From positions 992,001 through 1,056,000 of the forward strand of contig OY253675.1 of NCBI GenBank assembly GCA_958009085.1: a stretch of 64,000 nt of DNA, in the 5' to 3' direction. Position 1 is the first letter of the stretch; each line of letters starts with the position of its first letter. Source of the DNA: Protoeuglena noctilucae. Lineage: Eukaryota. Below the pieces are notes generated by a model. That model did not search any database and had not been told where the DNA came from. It saw only the letters and a list, made by a program, of their open reading frames with translations. Both the position numbers and the translations under genes were made by a program. This document shows positions 62,286 through 64,000 of this stretch, piece after piece.

Positions 62286-63066
62286 TCACTCCTTCTTGTT
62301 CGCCGGTGCGGTCTCGGTCGTCTTCTCATCCGGGCCCGAGGCCTGCTGAATCGTGCTGAGCACGGCCGTCCAGCCAATCATGACGGTGTTGATGTAAAGG
62401 AGGCGCAGGTGGGACGGCACGAACCGGAAGTTGATGAGGTGAGCTAACGGCCACAACGCGTACCCGGCCAAGAGCGTCTGCGGGGATCGCGGAAGCAGCC
62501 TCCCTGTCGCTCCCCATCAACGCATCACCCGCGCGAAAAGGGGCTCCTCCCTCGCCCGCTCTCCCAGCCTGCGTCGAGAACGACATATACTAAATTGCAT
62601 CGGCTGATGTGCACTCAAAATCGACGCACCCGCCGCGCACCTTGGGAACCTTCTGCTTCCACTCCGCGTAAATGTCCGCGACGTCGACGCGGCGCTTGTC
62701 GGCGACGTTCATCGCCGAGAAGAAAAGGCACGTGCTGACGGGCGTAAGCGCGAGCTGGTCGAGGGCCATCTTGGCGAGGATGGTCGCCGCGGCCTTGGGC
62801 GCGTGGGGGAAGATGCGCGCGTCCAGGAAATTGTACCAGTAGTGGCCCATGGGCCCGCCGACGACCGTCCCGTAAACGGCCATACGCGCGAAGCGCTCCC
62901 AGTCGAACTCCGGGGCCTTGCCCAGCGACTGGGCGAGCAGGTCCCCCAGGCCAAAGCCGGCCGTGCATGTCAGCGACTTGGTGAGGAGAGGAGAGGACAC
63001 GAGGCTGCGGTTGTAGGCCGTCCAGAGCGACTCGACAGTCGCCGTGAGGGCGGCCGCGGGGCTCAT
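62286..63066 (-). CDS. Mpv17/PMP22 family membrane protein (2 exons)
   Basis: YNRSLVSSPLLTKSLT..GDLLAQ, RFARMAVYG..GPMGHYWYNFLD, KMALDQL, LWPLAHLINFRFVP..RLLYIN. Confidence 0.92.
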
Positions 63067-63616
63067 GAGCGCAGCGACGCGACGAGGGCTTCCGGGGGCG
63101 GGCGATGGCGTCCGGCCTGCACATCGAGGGGCGGGAGGCCCTCGTCACTGGCCTCCCGGGCGCAGATGCCCCTCCCTCGTCGCGAGCCGCGGGAACTCAC
63201 CCAAAGGCCGGTTCATCGGCAGGCGAGGGACGAACGGGGGTCCCCAGCTGGCGGAAGCCCCCAAACGCTCGCGATGGTGACGTCGCTCGATAACGATGAT
63301 ACTCTGGGCTGGGGAGGTTGAATCGTGTTCGCTTCGACGCCGGTGGAAACACCTGTTTACTTGCGGGAGGGGAAGGTGGGAACACGTCGCGCCGCGCAGG
63401 GTCGACAATCCCACAGTCGGACCGCTAGCGCTCGCGCCATCGGTAGCTCAACCTTCGCGTAGAGGGCCTCAGTTACCCCGCAGCACTCCCACCCCGGCCA
63501 CCGGCACCGGGGTGGACCTGTGCATCGCCCGACGGCCGCATATGATTAACAGGTTCATCAGCTTCGTCACAGGCAGGGCAGAGCGGGCTCCGGAGGCTCA
63601 GGGAGAGGCCGAAGCC

Positions 63617-64000
63617 ATGGTGAGCACGAGCTCGTGCCCATGCCTGCGGCCTGCGCCGCGTCTGGGTTCCGTTCCGCCGCGCGTGCATCCGATCGGCATC
63701 CTTGATTCTATCGCTACACATGTGGATCGTCGGCGCGCGCCCACGCCGACCCCTCGCGGCCCTCGCTCTGCGCCCAGGCCGGCTCGACACGCAGCCAGCG
63801 CGACAAGATTAAGGAGTTCCGGACGGTGACGGGGGCGTCCGAGACCGAGGCGAAGGTGAATCGTGGCGGATATCGCGCGCATCGGGTCGGCGCGCGACGG
63901 CCGGGGACACGGCCAGCAACTTCGCTCCGCGCGTGCCCGCAGGAGAAGCTGCGCGTGTGCGACTGGCGCGTCAACGCGGCGGTCGATCTCTATTACTCCG
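63617..64000 (+). CDS. DCN1: DCN1-like protein N-terminus (UBA-like domain), truncated by the window edge
   Basis: Spliced M|AGSTRSQRDKIKEFRTVTGASETEAK|EKLRVCDWRVNAAVDLYYS matches the DCN1-type UBA pattern; an in-frame upstream ATG at 63542 is possible. Confidence 0.65.

Noticed and set aside
63440..63490. GGTAGCTCAA..GTAGAG tRNA A-box-like word
   Set aside because: No T-arm/B-box or acceptor stem.
1..64000. CRISPR arrays, rRNA, tRNA or snRNA genes
   Set aside because: No repeat-spacer arrays or recognisable conserved RNA gene sequences seen.

Overview
Gene-dense, high-GC, intron-rich eukaryotic nuclear DNA, most likely a green alga. This is inferred from a plastid-type AK-HSDH, a plant-type DExH1 with the RWWDP motif and a TopA with a transit-peptide-like N-terminus. 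I reconstructed 17 protein-coding genes by hand-splicing: TopA (with a C-terminal HMG box), an Rtt106-like chaperone, DExH1, TrpRS (with an N-terminal WHEP domain), Ulp1 protease, an IQ protein, XRN, a metallophosphoesterase, SMARCAL1, a virus-like HA/zinc-finger/double-HNH protein, an F-box-ankyrin protein, bS21m, BCAS2, PPIL3, PPCS, AK-HSDH, Mpv17 family, plus a partial DCN1-like gene. Most supplied ORFs are shadow or low-complexity frames. The most unusual signals are: (1) a spliced giant-virus-like double-HNH gene head-to-head with an F-box-ankyrin gene among housekeeping genes; (2) an unusual intron system with frequent AG|GC donors, copies of exon-junction sequence inside adjacent introns, G-rich 5' and CTCAC-rich 3' intron halves, and a steep 5'-to-3' CpG decline; (3) the TopA-HMG and WHEP-TrpRS fusions; (4) two hairpin-dense intergenic stretches that may be structured RNAs. 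All family calls come from motif recognition, not database searches.
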